Counted from the stretch's first letter, positions 24,576-39,298 are shown. The stretch is DNA of 64,000 nucleotides from Octopus vulgaris (GCA_951406725.2 OX597831.1:52948001-53012000); one strand, 5' to 3'. The notes: a model not told the origin generated them from the letters alone. Made by a program: numbers and translations.

Positions 24576-26039
24576 TCCGTGGTGCTGATTCATTTTATCA
24601 CTTTTTATTTTTTCAACCAGCCCCTGGTGATTAACTAAAATGTATATTCATTGTTATTACTCTCAGATAGATTTTTTTATATATATTGTTATAGAATATA
24701 TTTTAACTGAATTGTTTCACTACTCTCAGTTGTGTCACATAAAAGTCAATAGTAATAAATAATTACCAGGTATTTACATATGAATGTATTACAATTAATT
24801 TTTTTTTTTTTGCCTTTGTCAATCAGTTTGATAACAATATTTGTGTTCGCCCATCTATCTCTCTCTCACTCTAATAAAATGTTTTCTCTACTCTAGTAGT
24901 TTCCAGTCATTGTCTTTATAACATGTTCTTCTTTCTTCTCAAAACTTACCGTGATCTTATTTATTATGAATGATAGAATATAATTAGAAGCATTAAAAAA
25001 TTGAGTATCTTTTTACCCATTGTAAAGTTTGGATGGTTTTATATTTCCTAAGTAAATGCTTTGTGTTCTTAAATTGAGGTTATATAACTTTTAGATAAAC
25101 CTAGATAATGGTTCAGATTGATATGATTCAAAGACATGGGCAACAGAATTACTTCTCCAACTTTATTGAACGCAAGTAGAATTAATAACAAACAAAAGAT
25201 GTTGCAAATTTCAAAAATTCCTGGACTTTTTATATAAGATCTCAGCAGCTTTTCTCAGACCTATATTAAAAAGAAAACATCACTCATGATATAAAGTATT
25301 TTTGCTTTACATTATGAAAACAAATAAATTTAAAAATGGTAATAAAAAAAAGCATCTCTTGTCATTCATTTACTTATCTACCTTAAATCTGAAATTTGTT
25401 TCATTTCATTTTTAAAATTTTTTAATTAATATTTGAGGGTAATTCATCAGTATTGTGGTGAGTTGACACCCTCATAGAGAACTGAATCATTAGAAAAGGA
25501 TGAAGAAAAAATAGAGAAAACTGGGGAAATTTTTTATGATGCAACTTGCTTATCTGATCTGTAAGATAGCAATTCCAACCAGATGGAAAGTGGCATGGTA
25601 ATGGATAGATAGAGCCATAAAAGCCTAGAAGCACACTTGAAAAGGATTGGGATAAGGGATGACAAGGGCTGCTAGAAACTAGTTATCATCTATCAAAGAG
25701 GAAAGCACTGATGCTGCAAAGAAAGGTATGAGATATTTAAAGCACAGCTGATTTGACATCAGATTTAATGTTTCTCTCATTCTCTTCCTCCCCTCTCTCT
25801 GTTTATGTGTGAGCATTTAGTTATGTTTGTATAGATGTGTTTACCTCTAGCATCAAAATAGATTGAATGTCCAGTTAGTGTTACTATCAGTGTCCAAAGG
25901 CAATGCCCAATCATCACCGTCTGGAAATGCTATTACTATGAGATTGCTGAATGAAGAAAATGTATGGCTATTCAAGGTACACCTTTTGAGTTTAACAGGC
26001 ATTATTGAAAGGGCTCTTAGGCTGCTATTATTATCAGGC

Positions 26040-26228
26040 CAAAGGCAGCAAGCTGGCGGAATCATTAGCATGCCGGGTGAAATGTTTAGTGGTATTTTGT
26101 CTGCTGCTATGTTCTGAGTTCAAATTCCGCCAAGGTTGACTTTGCTTTTCATCCTTTCAGAGATTGATGTAATTGATTATCCCCTCCCTAAAATTTCAGG
26201 CCTTGTGCCTATAATAGAAAGGATTATT
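26040..26228 (+). mobile_element. SINE family C, near full length
   Basis: aggcagcaagctggcggaatcattagcatgccgg...gttctgagttcaaattccgccaaggttgactttgcttttcatcctttc...(tta) tail. Confidence 0.7.
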
Positions 26229-26299
26229 AATAGGCCAAGGAACTACATTAAGGTTCACCAAGTAATAACAGAGAAAGCTGGTTATTCCTAATGACTGTT

Positions 26300-27070
26300 A
26301 TAGTAGCAACATTGTAAACTGCTACAAAAACAAAGGAGTTGCTCTAGAAAGGTGCAACTACAGGGGTCTTAAATGGATAGATTATAAAAGTGGTAGTAAG
26401 AAGTGTATAGCATTGCTAATTTGGTAGAGAATAGACGAGTTAGGGAATCACTAATGCCTTCTTGTTAGTGAGGCACTTACAGAAGTTTGTACTAATACTA
26501 AGCTATGGTACCTAGCATTTGTTAAACTGGAAAAGACCTTTTACAAAGTACTGTATTGGGTAGCCTGGTCATTAAACAAAATTGGGTGTAGATGAATAAG
26601 CTTCTGATAACTGTGTGGTATTAGCAATGGGTTTATGTGCAGGTAAGTGTCCTCTTGTTTATTATTATTCTCCATGCTGTAATGGAGAAGTTCAGCACTG
26701 GCTGTTTGTGGGAATTCCTGTATATCAATGTCCTACCTCTTGTTGAATCAATGAAAGAATTAGAGGTGCTGAAAATATAGGGGCGTGGCCAAAAATTGAG
26801 GAGGCTGAAAGTAATCCTAAACTGAAGGGATACAAGACTCTGCTTCCATCTGGGAAGGATCTATTCTCAATATGCTGAAAATAAGTAGGTAGGAATTCTA
26901 TCCTTTCGAAATACAAATTATGAGTGCACAAAGGATGCAGTTGGATTACAGGAATTCTTTCAACTGCTCAGAAGTCTAGCTGGATTTAGTGGACAGTAGT
27001 GGAGTACTGAGAAAGCTTAATTGCTAGAATAAAGGATGTAGTAGAAAAAAGTTATGGGAACTATTACTTC
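26300..27070 (+). mobile_element. Highly decayed RTE LINE RT remnant
   Basis: LAFVKLEKTF (DLEKAFD-like) near 26510-26545. Downstream sequence is collinear with the RTE at 340-1020. Confidence 0.5.
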
Positions 27071-28344
27071 CATTGGCTACAGAATTTTTCTCTCCTGGTG
27101 TACAAAGAGCCACTGTGCATTATAATGCAATAAAATACTTTATCACATTGAAATAAGGGAGCTTGTATATGGTTATTCGACATGGTAGAAGTAGCATCTA
27201 AATCTCTTTCCACTGTCTTATAAAAGGAAGGACATAGGATAGTGTAGGTATACCATGTCTGAAAATATGGGACAGTCATGGCTGGAATGTCTGATAGGTT
27301 GACCTGTAGTTTAACAGTAAACTTGATCACAATTACTGCTTTATTTTGCTGTGGTAGTTGTGTGCAGCCAACTGATAAATGCACACACTGAAGTGTAAAT
27401 TGTGTACTAAAAACATGTATTTTCTTATGTCAGAATTGTTCTACTTTTTTTTTATGATACTAATCTACATGCTTAACAAATCCTTTCTTTGTTCAAGATT
27501 AACTAAAAATATTTCTCTGATTGGTAAAACTGAGTGGCCAGCTATTTAGTGCCTTCCATTTTGTTTTAATGTCAACTATTGTAGTATATAATGTATATAT
27601 ATATATATACACATACATACACATATAAACATGTATATGTGTGTATGTATATATACATATATGTAATAATAACAATAACTTGCAGATGGAAATTCATAGG
27701 CTTTATTAATGCATAAATTTCCACCTGCAAATTATTGTTGTCATTATATTTATCCTAAGCTGAAGGAGTTTCAGGTGTGTAACCATACTGTATGTATGTA
27801 AAGAATATTTTATGTAAACTAAAAAGAATGTCGAAATCATTTATAAGAAGAAATGTTATCAGAATCGTTTTCTGAATCACTTTCACTTGCATTAGGCTTG
27901 CAGACACCATCACTTGTTGACACAATCGCCAATTCAAAAGCACTCGTAAATGGACTTGTAGATTTCTTTTTTAAAAAAAAGAAATCTATATATTTGCTTA
28001 GAAGCTTTCTTTCTCTCTCTATAAATTTCTTGGTTACACGCAGAAGAATTTATGATAGTGGAAACTTTTGCACTTTTTTTCAAAATTTGGATTTTGTGTT
28101 TGAAAAATTTATAATAAAATAAAATTCATAAACCTGAAATCTTGTAAAGTGAGGTATACACACTCACATGACGGACTCTCCCGTCGAAGTCAACGCATGA
28201 GTGATCAACTTCTTTGCCGAATGACTTGCACAATTGATCTGTTTATAGTACTGAACATTAGCTCACTCCCTCCATCAAATTGACGTTGCCTGAACAGGTG
28301 CATGGCGTGTCGGGTGCTGAAATGATTGTGGTTTCAATGTATCT

Positions 28345-28574
28345 CTTTTCTCTTTTTCTCTTTTTACTTGTTTCAGTCATTTTGACTGCGGCCATGCTGG
28401 AGCACTGCCTTTAGTCGAGCAACTCGACCCCGGGACTTATTCTTTGTAAGCCCAGTACTTATTCTATCGGTCTCTTATGCCGAACCGCTAAGTTACGGGG
28501 ACATAAACACACCATCATCGGTTGTCAAGCAATGCTAGGGGGACAAACACAGACACACAAACATACACGCACAT

Positions 28575-28610
<36 letters not shown>

Positions 28611-28757
28611 GACGGGCTTCTTTCGGTTTCCGTCTACCAAATTCTCTTACAAGGCTTTGGTCGGCCCGAGGCTATAGTAGAAGACACTTGCCCAAGGTGC
28701 CACGCAGTGGGACTGAACCCGGAACCATGTGGTTGGTAAACAAGCTACTTACCACAC
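28345..28757 (-). mobile_element. SINE family A (tRNA-derived, octopus OR-like), young near-full-length copy, head A + tail A
   Basis: Near-identical to 57861-58384 and retains CpGs. B-box ggttcagtccc, central (ta)n/(ca)n, tail gactgaaacaagtaaaa(aga)n. Confidence 0.85.
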
Positions 28758-29182
28758 ACACACATATATACAAGATATGGCAAGCAACATATGTTGTATA
28801 AAGTGCACCACAGAATTCCAATCAATTGGAATTCATAATTTTGTGAGCTAGATATTCTCTTTAAGTCTGTCACCCTAATCTGTTATTCATATATTGCCAG
28901 AGCTAACCTTTCTTTGAGCTAAATAACTTTAGGTAGATTAAATTAGCAGTAGAAACTAATCAGGGAGCAGAGCATGCCATGATCATAACTGATTTAGACT
29001 TCTGATATTTCGAAATTGCTTCAGATTATTGTTGTTGATTTTGATTATTAATTACATTACAGAGTTTTAATCAATTTTAGATAGATTTCTCCTGTTCTAG
29101 CGTTAATTTTAAAGTTCTCTCTGCATGATACACACACAAGCACATATATATATATATATATACACACACACAGATGTACATC

Positions 29183-29231
<49 letters not shown>

Positions 29232-31834
29232 ACATGTACATATATATAACACATGTACATACATATATATATATAAACACACATGTACATATATATACAT
29301 ACACATACACACATACATATATGTTGATGGATAGCCTTTGATTTTTTTTTATTTTCCTTTCAAATCAATTTTTACATGCTATTGTTTATAGCTTTGTGTG
29401 TTTTGAGATCTTCTATTCCATAAAAGGACACACACACAATCTACTGTTTGCCACTTCACTTCTCAAACTTTATTTTCATCACCTGGTTATATAATATGAT
29501 CAGTTCTTGTTTATTTATTTCTTACAATAAGTTTGCACTTGTGTGAAGTATATGTTACTTTAACCTCTATATGTCTGAATTACTTTCAGTTTAGTCTAAC
29601 TAGTCACTCCTGACATAACAATTGCCAAGAGGTTTAGTTTCGGAATAGCTAACTAGTTAAGAACTGTGATCTTTGCTGCAGTATATGGACAAAACATTCT
29701 TTTTATTGTTATAGTGTGTTTAACTAATTATTAGTCTGTTTGAAATGTTACTAAATTTAATATGCACTTAATTAGTTGCTCTCACTGTTATTAATCAGAT
29801 GTAAACTATACTTTTCTGTATATATAATAAATTAGATGACATACTACTTGGTGTTTACAGCTGAAATTATCTATAGTTAGTCTTGTTCACTCTGAATTTA
29901 ATTTCAAGTGCTGCATCTCTCCCAATGGCATGGTTTTGGGTTTAGTCCTGCAGGGTGCCTTGAGAGCAGTGTCTTCTACTATAAACCCTGGCTTACCAAA
30001 GCTTTGAGAGTGGATTTGGTAGATGGAACCTGAAAGAAACAGGTATGGGTTGGTGACAGGAAACAAGTATGGGTTGTATCTGATCCTACAAAATCTGCTT
30101 CAATAAACTCCATCCAACTCTTGCAAGCATAGAAAAATAGTTCTTGAAAAATGATGATAAATCTATTGAGAGAACTCTGTGGTTGCTTGACTTATGTTCC
30201 TCACATCAAACTTTGCTTACATAATGGAAGGACATATTAGATAAATATTGTCCTGAATGCATCATATCTAGAAGACAGAATAGTCAAGAATGCCTTTGAT
30301 TTTTAAGGCCTGTTTGATCTAAACAACAATTATTGAGTCTACATCAGAAGTTCTGAAATAGCCATTTATATTCAATTTGGAATTCATTTATTACCATTAG
30401 ACAATTTACAAGCCTCAGAAATGGACTTGAGCTCCAGTTGCTATTTATCTCCAGGTCTGTACTGAATTAGTAGACCTGTTATCCCCTCTTTTTCTAGAGC
30501 ACATTATTCATTGTGTCCTTCCACTTAGGATGCTATTTCTAGCAGATTAAGTGACCACAATAGAGATCAAAATTCTGCTTACTTTCTTGATTATTAGAGT
30601 TCCTGTTATTTAGAGTAAACTTTTTTTAGTCTTTAATTGGTTTTAATACCTTTTAAATCGATTTTTCTCTAAATACAAATTGCAACATATGAGATCCCAT
30701 CTTCCCTCACGAAGAGAAACCAGGGAGAAGATTAGTCCTTTTACTTTGAGGTGGATATATCTAACATTTACTCACACATACACACTCTTATGTATATACA
30801 AAATGTAATTGTCAGGTAAGTGATTTGATCCAAGACTGTGTTCAAACTAAAACAATTACAGTATCAATGATACATTAGCCATTCAAAAACACGAAAACTG
30901 TTAACTTTACTGAACTGTGCGACATTTATTTGATTGTAGCAGAACTGTGTTAGTGACCGGCTTACAGTCAATGTGACAAAAATTTTAACATCAAATAATA
31001 AATGCTCAAGTTAAGTTTTTGCATGTTCTTGAATGGCTGATATGTTTTCCACATTGTAATTCTTATATATACACAAACAAATATTTTAATGTTTGCAAAT
31101 TATACTTTTAATACAAAATTTTACAACATACTACAAAATTTTAATACAAGATTTAATACAAAATTTTACAACATACTACAGCTATTTTATATAATCATTC
31201 TTATGTTAGCGTGTAGTGGAAATACCTCTTTACTACTCTCGTAGCATTAATATGAGTTTTCAAAGAGCTGTACTTTAAGGACATCTAGCGTTCACAGCTC
31301 TTCTAAATTCAGAAGACTAATAAGAATCCATATAAGGAGACTTACTTCAGAATAACATTTAAAACATTTTTAGTTTATTTTAATAATTCCTTTATTCTTG
31401 GTTGATGTTTCTATAATGTTTAATGTCAATATGATGAATATATATCTATAAAGGCCATTAACTGAGTGGGGTCATGGACTCCTTGTGTTAGGGTTAGTGG
31501 AGTCCAGGGGGTCAGCTTGTGCTTTTTTTTTTTTTTTTTTTCCCCAGTCTGGATTGGGTGGGAATAAGTTGCTTTCGTATGTGTGTGTGTGTAAATACAC
31601 AGATGCACACATCTTTTATCTTTTACTTGTTTCAGTCATTAGACTGTGGCCATGCTGGGCCAATGCCTTAAAGGATTTTAATCCAATTGAATCGATGCCA
31701 GTGTCTTTTTATTCATTTTTTTAAAAGTCTGGTACTTATTAGTGTCTTTTGCTGAACTGCTACACACACACACGCCTACAAAAATGCTTAACTCTTGCTT
31801 AATGTTATTGGCGTTGAAGTAGCACATTTGCAAG

Positions 31835-32261
31835 TTAACCATTTTATTACCATATTTAAAAAAAAAAAGTACACTGCCTTTTTTTCAGTTAATTTTGAAA
31901 ATTATCGAAAAATTTTAGTAAAATAACTGTCTTTATTAAGCTGGTGTTTGGAACATGAATTAACATCAAATTTTGGTGGAAGATTTTTAATGTAAATCCA
32001 TTAAAGACCTGCAGTTTGAATCATGGAGTCATTGGCAGTATTTGGGTTGGTATTAACTGAGTTAATCCATTTGATACTAATCTACACGAGATCCTCCTTT
32101 GTTCTATGGTACAAGTTAAAAAAATTCCTTCCTTCAAAATTTCGTATTGACTTAAGTTACAAACACCAACTTGTGAGTTATTTTACTAAACTCTTTATTT
32201 TCAAAATTATTTGTAACAAAGGCAGTATTTTTCAACGGAAATACGGTGGCAAAAGTATTAA
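31835..32261. mobile_element. Two P2 piggyBac-like MITEs in inverted tandem sharing one TTAA
   Basis: 31835-32065 is collinear with 3099-3314. 32062-32261 is its reverse complement. The junction TTAA is at 32062-32065. Confidence 0.6.
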
Positions 32262-32904
32262 TTTTTGTTTTTAAACTATTTTGCATGTTTAATTTATAGT
32301 TAACAAAAGGGAAACATTCCATTTTTAAATGTTTTCAGTTCTTTATCTGTTTATACTTTTTCCAGTGTAACAGTTACTTATTTATGATGTGTGTTTGTGT
32401 TTGCTTGTTATGCTTTAAGTACTATCTTATCTCTCAATACAATGCTTACCGTTATTTATTATTCTTACTATTTAGGTGTATTCTTTCAAAATGTCAGCTC
32501 TTGTCTAGTAGAAATATCTCCCTACTAACCTTATAACTCAAATAGCTTTATTTTAAGAATATCTGGTGTTCTCCAACGCTTAACTCAAATTATTCATGAC
32601 ACAGGAGAAGGCAGTTGAGAAGCTGAGTGGTTGTTTTTAGAAAAATTTTTTACATTTTCCTATGATGATTAATCTTATCACCTTTTGTTGGATAAGCAGG
32701 CCATTCAGTATCATGCTTCCCTACCTGTTGTTTTTGCTGATTTAAATATTTACTTAGAGTATTTATAACAGGATATCCCATTGTACTGTGACAGATCATT
32801 TATCAATCAGGAAAGGTGCTGGCATAGCTGTATGGTTAAGATGTTTGGTTCCCAACCATGGACAATATCCTGTGTAGTGTAATATAGACCATTTATTAAT
32901 CAAG

Positions 32905-33085
32905 AAGGGTGCAGGCTTGGCTGTGTGGTTAAGAAACTTGTTCCCCAACCATCTGGTTTGGGATTCAGGCCCATTTCCCTCACATTTGACAAGTGTTTAC
33001 TGCTATACCCCAGGCTAGCCCTTGAATGGATTATTTGGTATATGGACACTGAAAGAAGCCCATTTTGTATGATACACAAAATGGG

Positions 33086-33126
<41 letters not shown>

Positions 33127-33360
33127 AGTATTTGTGTGTTCCCTTATCTTTTGGCTTCATGTCTTAGTTGTAAATGAGCAATATCATCATACAAACAATG
33201 TTCATTTCCAGTCCTCTGTGGAAAATATGTCTGGTCATGGGAAATATTAACTTGCTTGGAAACAAGTGGGTGTTGGTGACAGGAAGGGCATGTAGTTGTA
33301 GGAAATTTTCCTTGGCAAATTCACATTTGATTCATGCAAGCGTAGAAAAGTGAACATGAA
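32905..33360 (+). mobile_element. SINE, head A + tail B
   Basis: ggtgcaggcttggctgtgtggttaagaaacttg head, (ta)n, then the gacaggaagggcat...catgcaagcgtagaaaagtg tail. Confidence 0.7.
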
Positions 33361-33582
33361 TCCTTTAGCATTTAAACTGACCATATCCAGCCAAAATATT
33401 TTACCTGTTTTATGTTCGCACTGACTAAAATTGAACCCTTATTACCTACTTACAGTATCATTGTAAAAATTAAGTTACCTTATAAAAATCTGAAAGCTAT
33501 AAGATAATGCATGATTAATTCAAAGCAATGTGAATAAATAAACAGTATATTTGACAGAATAATATGGATGCTAAAGGGTTAA
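33359..33582. mobile_element. piggyBac-like MITE (family P1)
   Basis: aatcctttagcatt ... atgctaaagggttaa termini. Body is the reverse complement of 108-328. Confidence 0.65.
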
Positions 33583-34166
33583 ATGATGATAATGAAAACT
33601 GGTTTGCCACCATTGGACATAGATGAAATTACACCTTTAAATTTTTTTTCTGTATCCAGGACTACTATCGTTCAATGTTGACTTTCATTTCTTAAATGTG
33701 AAGCTGTGAATACAAGGAGATTTGATTGATATTTCTAGGAGGTTGAGTGAGTGTACAGATGTTCCTTCTGGGGCTTGTATGATTACTATGGAATAGTTTC
33801 AACTATTTCAGCTGCATTCATTTTGCTTCTAAGACCTAACATTTTCAGTTCTAACATGATTTTTCGTGGAGTAAATATGTTCTCATTTTTTTTAGTTACT
33901 CGTTTCAGTCATTTGACAGTGGCCATGCTGGGGCATCACCTTGAATTTTAGTTGTATAGATTAACCCCAGTACATTTAAAAAATTTTTTTAAGCCTGATA
34001 CTTATTCTTTCAGGCTTTTGTTACCAAACCACTAAGTTACAGAGACATAAACACAACACCAGTTGTCAAGTGTGCATCTAATATGCCCATTCAACTTTTA
34101 ATGTTGTCAAGTATAGGAATGTCATTGAGAAGAAATTATCATTATTAATATTTTAATACTTGTTCT

Positions 34167-34595
34167 GGTGGAATTCTACTTTAAGCACCCCATATAACCA
34201 CTTAGAACTTTTTAGCTTTTGGAATTTTCAGAAAATTTTTGCAAATTTGTGTTTTACATACAAGAATCCATACGATTAGGTAAAAAAAAAAATTGTGTGT
34301 GATTTAAGGGCTATTTAGCTATTATCTTTAGCACATCTCACAACCACCTGATACTCTCCTCATTTCTTTGTCACTCTCTCCATAATTTAATGGTCTATTG
34401 CTAGCCTTTAAGAAAAAAAGTGAAGCTGTTTGAAGCTTTGATTTTAAAAAATTCGAAAAATAAAAATGAATTCCCCCCCCCGTAGTTGTATGAATTCTTG
34501 TGTGAAGAGTATAAATTTGCAAAAATTTTCTGAAAATTCCCAAAACTAAAAAAGTTACGAGGGATTATATGGATTGCTTAAAGCAGAATTAGGCC
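34167..34595. mobile_element. Second GG-terminated long-TIR MITE (Merlin-like)
   Basis: Imperfect ~110 bp TIRs (34167-34280 / 34480-34595). Near-TSD CTTGTTCT (34159-66) / CTTGTTCC (34596-603). Confidence 0.65.
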
Positions 34596-37500
34596 CTTGT
34601 TCCTACTACATTTAAATAAGTCTGCAATACATCTTTCATGATCTGGGTAAATGTGGTATTTGACTATCCTGCTTGAATATTTTATGTCCAGTTTAGGTAT
34701 TATGTTGTGTGCTTGAATGAGTAGTAGACTTTTATACTACTTAGTTCATTTAACTATCAATAAGCAGATTATATGTGAATGTTAACTCAAGATAGTGGTA
34801 AAATACCAATTGGAGGTTATATCTTTCAACTACTTAATATATAAACCAGAGCTAAGCACTGTTTTTTAAAAAAGAATGCACTTTAATGCTTTCAGAATAT
34901 AACATTTTACATCTCTCCAAGCCACTTCGTTTTGTACCGTCATATTATCTACTAGAATAGGTGTTCTCAAAATTGAGTTAATTGATATCCCAGTAAGTTG
35001 GAACCAAAAAAAAAAAATTTTTTTCTATGACCATATTTTTAATAAACTATATTGTGTATGTGTATTTTAATTTATGGATTTGATTGAGGGGTTCAGTAAA
35101 TAGTACAACTTCAACAAAAGCGTTTTGAATACAACTATGATGGAACTTTTTGTGTTAAATTTTTTAAAGTGGCTAGATCTTATATCATAGAACCAGAAGT
35201 AGATTCAAGCAACATGGTATCAAAAGGATTGAGCAAACCATAGTGTATAAATATTTGTAATTGATAATTTGTGGACAAATTTTATAAAAGCTCAGTTTTT
35301 AATGAAATCTTACAAAAGACAAAGTTGGCTCTTCTTTATGTCTATCTGCCTCTCTAGTCATATTGTATATTAGTTGTATACCAAAAGGACACATGATTAG
35401 GGTTGAGAAGTCTTGCTACATGCATCATATATGAGGTAAGAATCCAAGAAATGTTGAGGGTGGATTATGGTCGACAATGTTAATGAAATGAAACAATACT
35501 GAGATTCAAATGTTAAATGAAGATAAAATATATATTTTATATATATATATATATATATTTTAATTTATTCAGTTGATGCTATTTATACTATCAGCCAGTT
35601 CTTGCATATACTGCTTTTCCAGATGGCTAGAGTATGAGCAAAAACCAACATTCTGCCAAAATGCAAAATGGCACAATAACAAAACTATTCAGTTGGTTGG
35701 ACCAGATGCCCGACTAGCATAACAATATTAGTCATATTCTGAATTGTACATCATTTCATGTATCAAAATATTTTCATGAGTTTGAAAGTTCCTTATTCGT
35801 TTTCGTCATCATCATGCCTGTTTTCCATGCTGGCATGGGTTGGGTGGTTTGACGGGAGCTGGCGAACCAGAGGACGCTGCCAAGTTTTACTGCCTGCTTT
35901 GGCATGGTTTCAATGGTTGGGTACCCTTCCTAATGCCTATCACTTTACAGCATGTACTGACTGCCTTTTACATGGTACCATCCCCAGTGAAGTCACTAAG
36001 CAACTTGCAATTATATTTAATAATTGATATTTATAGTTTTTTCAGATTAGACACTATGTACATAGCCTATTCTTGATAAGTTTCAAAGAACTTTTATGAG
36101 CAGCAATTTCTAAAGGAAACTTACTCCTTATGTGACAAGTTTCTCAAGTTTTCCTTGCCAACTGGAAATAAGGTTTTACAAAAGTTCATGCATAAATACA
36201 TTTATACATCTAACATGAAAAATTTCATCAATAAACATTTTAACCAATTTCATGGCATTTGTATTTCTGCTTCTGTAGATAATGACAGTATTTGTTTGTT
36301 TAAAGCAATATAAAAGAATTATTCTAGATTTAGCCAAGTCATGTCTTAGAGTCTGTTTTGTTAGTAAATGAGATCAGAAAGTAAATAGGCTCCTTGCCAA
36401 ACTATTATTGCAATGCTTCTGTTGAAAAAGCTTCCTACTCATCTTTTCCATTGGAAAACGTGTTGGAAAAATCTTTACAAGTTGATATTGTTTTGTAAAT
36501 CTTGCATTATTATTTATTGCATGTATTTTAACAATATTAATCAGCACTGTGCTTGTGCCACATAAAAAAAAACACTACTCATCATGCCTATGCTTGCGCC
36601 ACATAAAAAGCATTAAGTTCATTCTGCTTAGTGGTTGGTGTTAGGAAGGACATCCAGCTGTAAAAATCCTGCCATGCCAAAACAGTCACAGAAGTCTGGT
36701 GAAGGCTTTGGCCTGTCTGGCTCTTGTGGTATCGTCCCACCCATGTGAGCATGGAACACAGACGTTAAATGATGATGATGATGATTGTCTTTGTGTTTGT
36801 TTTTCCATATTGACATCTAACAGCGTCACATCCCTTTTTATGATCTGGCAAACACAATAAAAAATGAATTAGCCATCATTGTTGTTGTAAGTGCTTTGAG
36901 GTGTTGACTGAATGAACATGAGAAAGCTTATTTGTGGTAGGGTTAAAGAATACCTTCTACTCTGTATCAGAGCACCTTCCTAAATGGTTAGCTTACAATG
37001 TAGCTTATAGAATCTTGTTTTTACTTTCCCATTGGTTACATTTTATCATGCAACCTACATCAATTTCAATTTTGCTGTTATTGTGCTCCTCCTATATGGC
37101 TAACTTGCAATTTAGTTTGTGGAACTCAGGTCTTGTTCATATATTCCATTTTTTTAGTATGGTTTACATTGACAATGTAGTGGGAAAATCCTTTAGTACA
37201 TAGTGAGCAATTCTGACTGGAACTCTTCTAAGTCAACTGTATCACTAAATCGTCTAAAATTTAATGACATCAGAAATATAATTGGAAGTCTTTCCTCCTA
37301 GTATGAATTCCAGTACTACAGATGCATTGGGTTTTTACTAAAATTACTGGAAATGCTTTGCTGCCCCATTTAGTTATATTTTACCTTTTAACATGCTTCA
37401 ATCATTGGCCTGCAGTCATACAGGGACACTAGCTTGGAGGGTTAGTCAAGCAAATTAACACCAGTATTTATTTTCAAAGTCTGGTACTTATTTTGTTGAT

Positions 37501-37599
37501 CTCTTTTGCTGAAACTCAGCTATGAGTTAAAAACGCACACACACACACACACACACGATGGTATATGTATGTATATATGCACATGTGTATATATATATA

Positions 37600-39298
37600 T
37601 TCCTAAAACGAAGGTGCATGTACGTATATGTGAGAATATGTGGGGAGGGGGAGCTAGTGACTTTGACGTGTGTGGATGTATGCTTGTGTGTGTGCATGTG
37701 TAATGTGTAGGTTTGTGGATGATGGTGGTGTGGGTGCTGGGAAGTGGTCAGTGCTAGTGCGTGTCGAGTGGTGTGGGGTGGTGTGATGTAGGGATGTTGG
37801 GGTAGGGAAATGGTCTGTGGGGTGCGGATGTGGTTGGAGGGGGTATCGATGTCATAAGGTGGGTAGGAATGAAGAGAGGAATTAGGTGTCAGAGAACAGG
37901 TGGGTAGGAGTGAAGAGAGGAAGTAGGTGTTAGAGGAGGAGAGGAGAGGTGGGTAGGAGTGAAAGGAGGAAGTAGGTGTCAGATGAAGTGAGGAAGGAGT
38001 TGAGCCCATATGGTGCAAAGGAGCGAAGAGAGAAGATTAATTCCAGATGGCCCCTGTACAAAGATAATCCAAAGACAGAAAGGTGTTGTAGTGAATGACT
38101 GGTAGAGCAGAAATGGCATGAGACCAGGGTGTCATTGCCGAGTCTGATGCCTCGGAGTTGCCCTGCGAACTGGTCAGCCAAGCGGTGTCCTGTTTTACCG
38201 ATGTACAGAAAAACGAAGAAAGAGCAGGAGATGCAGTAAATGACATTGCTAGAAGTGCAGGTACAGGATGTTGGGAGGTGAGGTTAGGGAAAAAACTGTG
38301 GACCAGGAGGTCATTCAGGTTGTCAGCTTGTTTGAATGAAGCAAGGGGTAAGTTTGGGAAGATGAGCGGGGTGGAGGAGTCAGACTGGAGTTGCTGGGAG
38401 GCTTGGAGAATGGTGTATTGAATGGGTAGGTGAGGGGAAATGGTGGGGTGGGTGCCAGGAGAGAGATCAGAGGCACGATCTATGGAATGTGCTCTGGCAA
38501 GGGCTGTGTGGGTAGTGGTGAGGGGATATCCAAGAAGGATGAAGTGGCGAGCCATGAGTTGAGATTGAGTCTCAAAGTCATTGTCGTCACTGTACGGCCT
38601 CCGCAGATGGAATTGGGAGTAGGGGATGGAGAGCTTGGTGTGGCTAGGGTGGGAAGAGGAGGGGGTTAAGGTATGAGTGTGAGTGAGTTGGTGTGTTTGT
38701 GATGTATGTTGACTGCAATGTTGAGAAATGCGAATGAAGTGTTGGAAATTGTGCAGGAGAATTTGAGGGTAGGATGGAAGGATTGGACAAACCAGAGGAA
38801 GGAGTCTAGTTGTTCGAGGGAGAGTGAGGTTAGGGTACAGTATCAGTATAATGACAGTATAGTTCGAGAGTGGGACCAACGAATCATAAGAGTATTTGGG
38901 CCTCAACGTAGCCACTGTAAAGGTTCACATAGTTGGGGCCCATTCTTGTTCCTATGGCTACTCCCAAGAAATGCTGGTAAAATGACCCACGAATGTGAAG
39001 CAGTTGAGGGAGGAAATGAGTTCAGCCAGACGAAGAAGTGTAGAGGTGTCAGGTTGGATAAAAGGTCGAGGAAGTGTTAGAGTGCAAGGAATCCTTCGTT
39101 GTGTGGGACCACTGTATATAGAATCTTGATGTCGAGTGAAGAGAAGTTTGGAGGCGTTAGGGGAGAAGCGGATAGAGTTGAAAATACGAAGAGCATGGTT
39201 AGTGTCATGGATGTGGCAGGGGAGGGAAGCCACCAGGCGGGTAAGGACATGGTCAACGTATTTTGAGATCAATTCGGTGGGGGCAGTTACAGGCATAG
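37600..39298 (-). mobile_element. Penelope-like element, 5'-truncated and decayed (RT + GIY-YIG)
   Basis: PTELISKYVDHVLTRLVASLPCHIHDTNHAL, SIPYSQFHL, YIGKTGHRLADQFAGQLR fragments. Collinear with 45390-47862. Confidence 0.85.

Noticed and set aside
25851-25976. Exon-like segment with AG/GT boundaries (ORF 25863-26117)
   Set aside because: The open frame is incompatible with the phase-1 donor at 20045, and there is no recognisable similarity.
27755-28160. Possible TIR element (ggagtttcaggt / acctgaaatctt)
   Set aside because: The inverted match is short and no TSD could be identified.
29050-29128. Possible decayed hammerhead beside a (TA)n tract
   Set aside because: Neither core box is recognisable; too degenerate to support.
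36279-36312. Possible CARM1 exon 2 (ctgtag|at..., DNDSICLFKAI resembling EDVCVFKC)
   Set aside because: In-frame TAA after 11 codons and further stops; no downstream CARM1 motifs.
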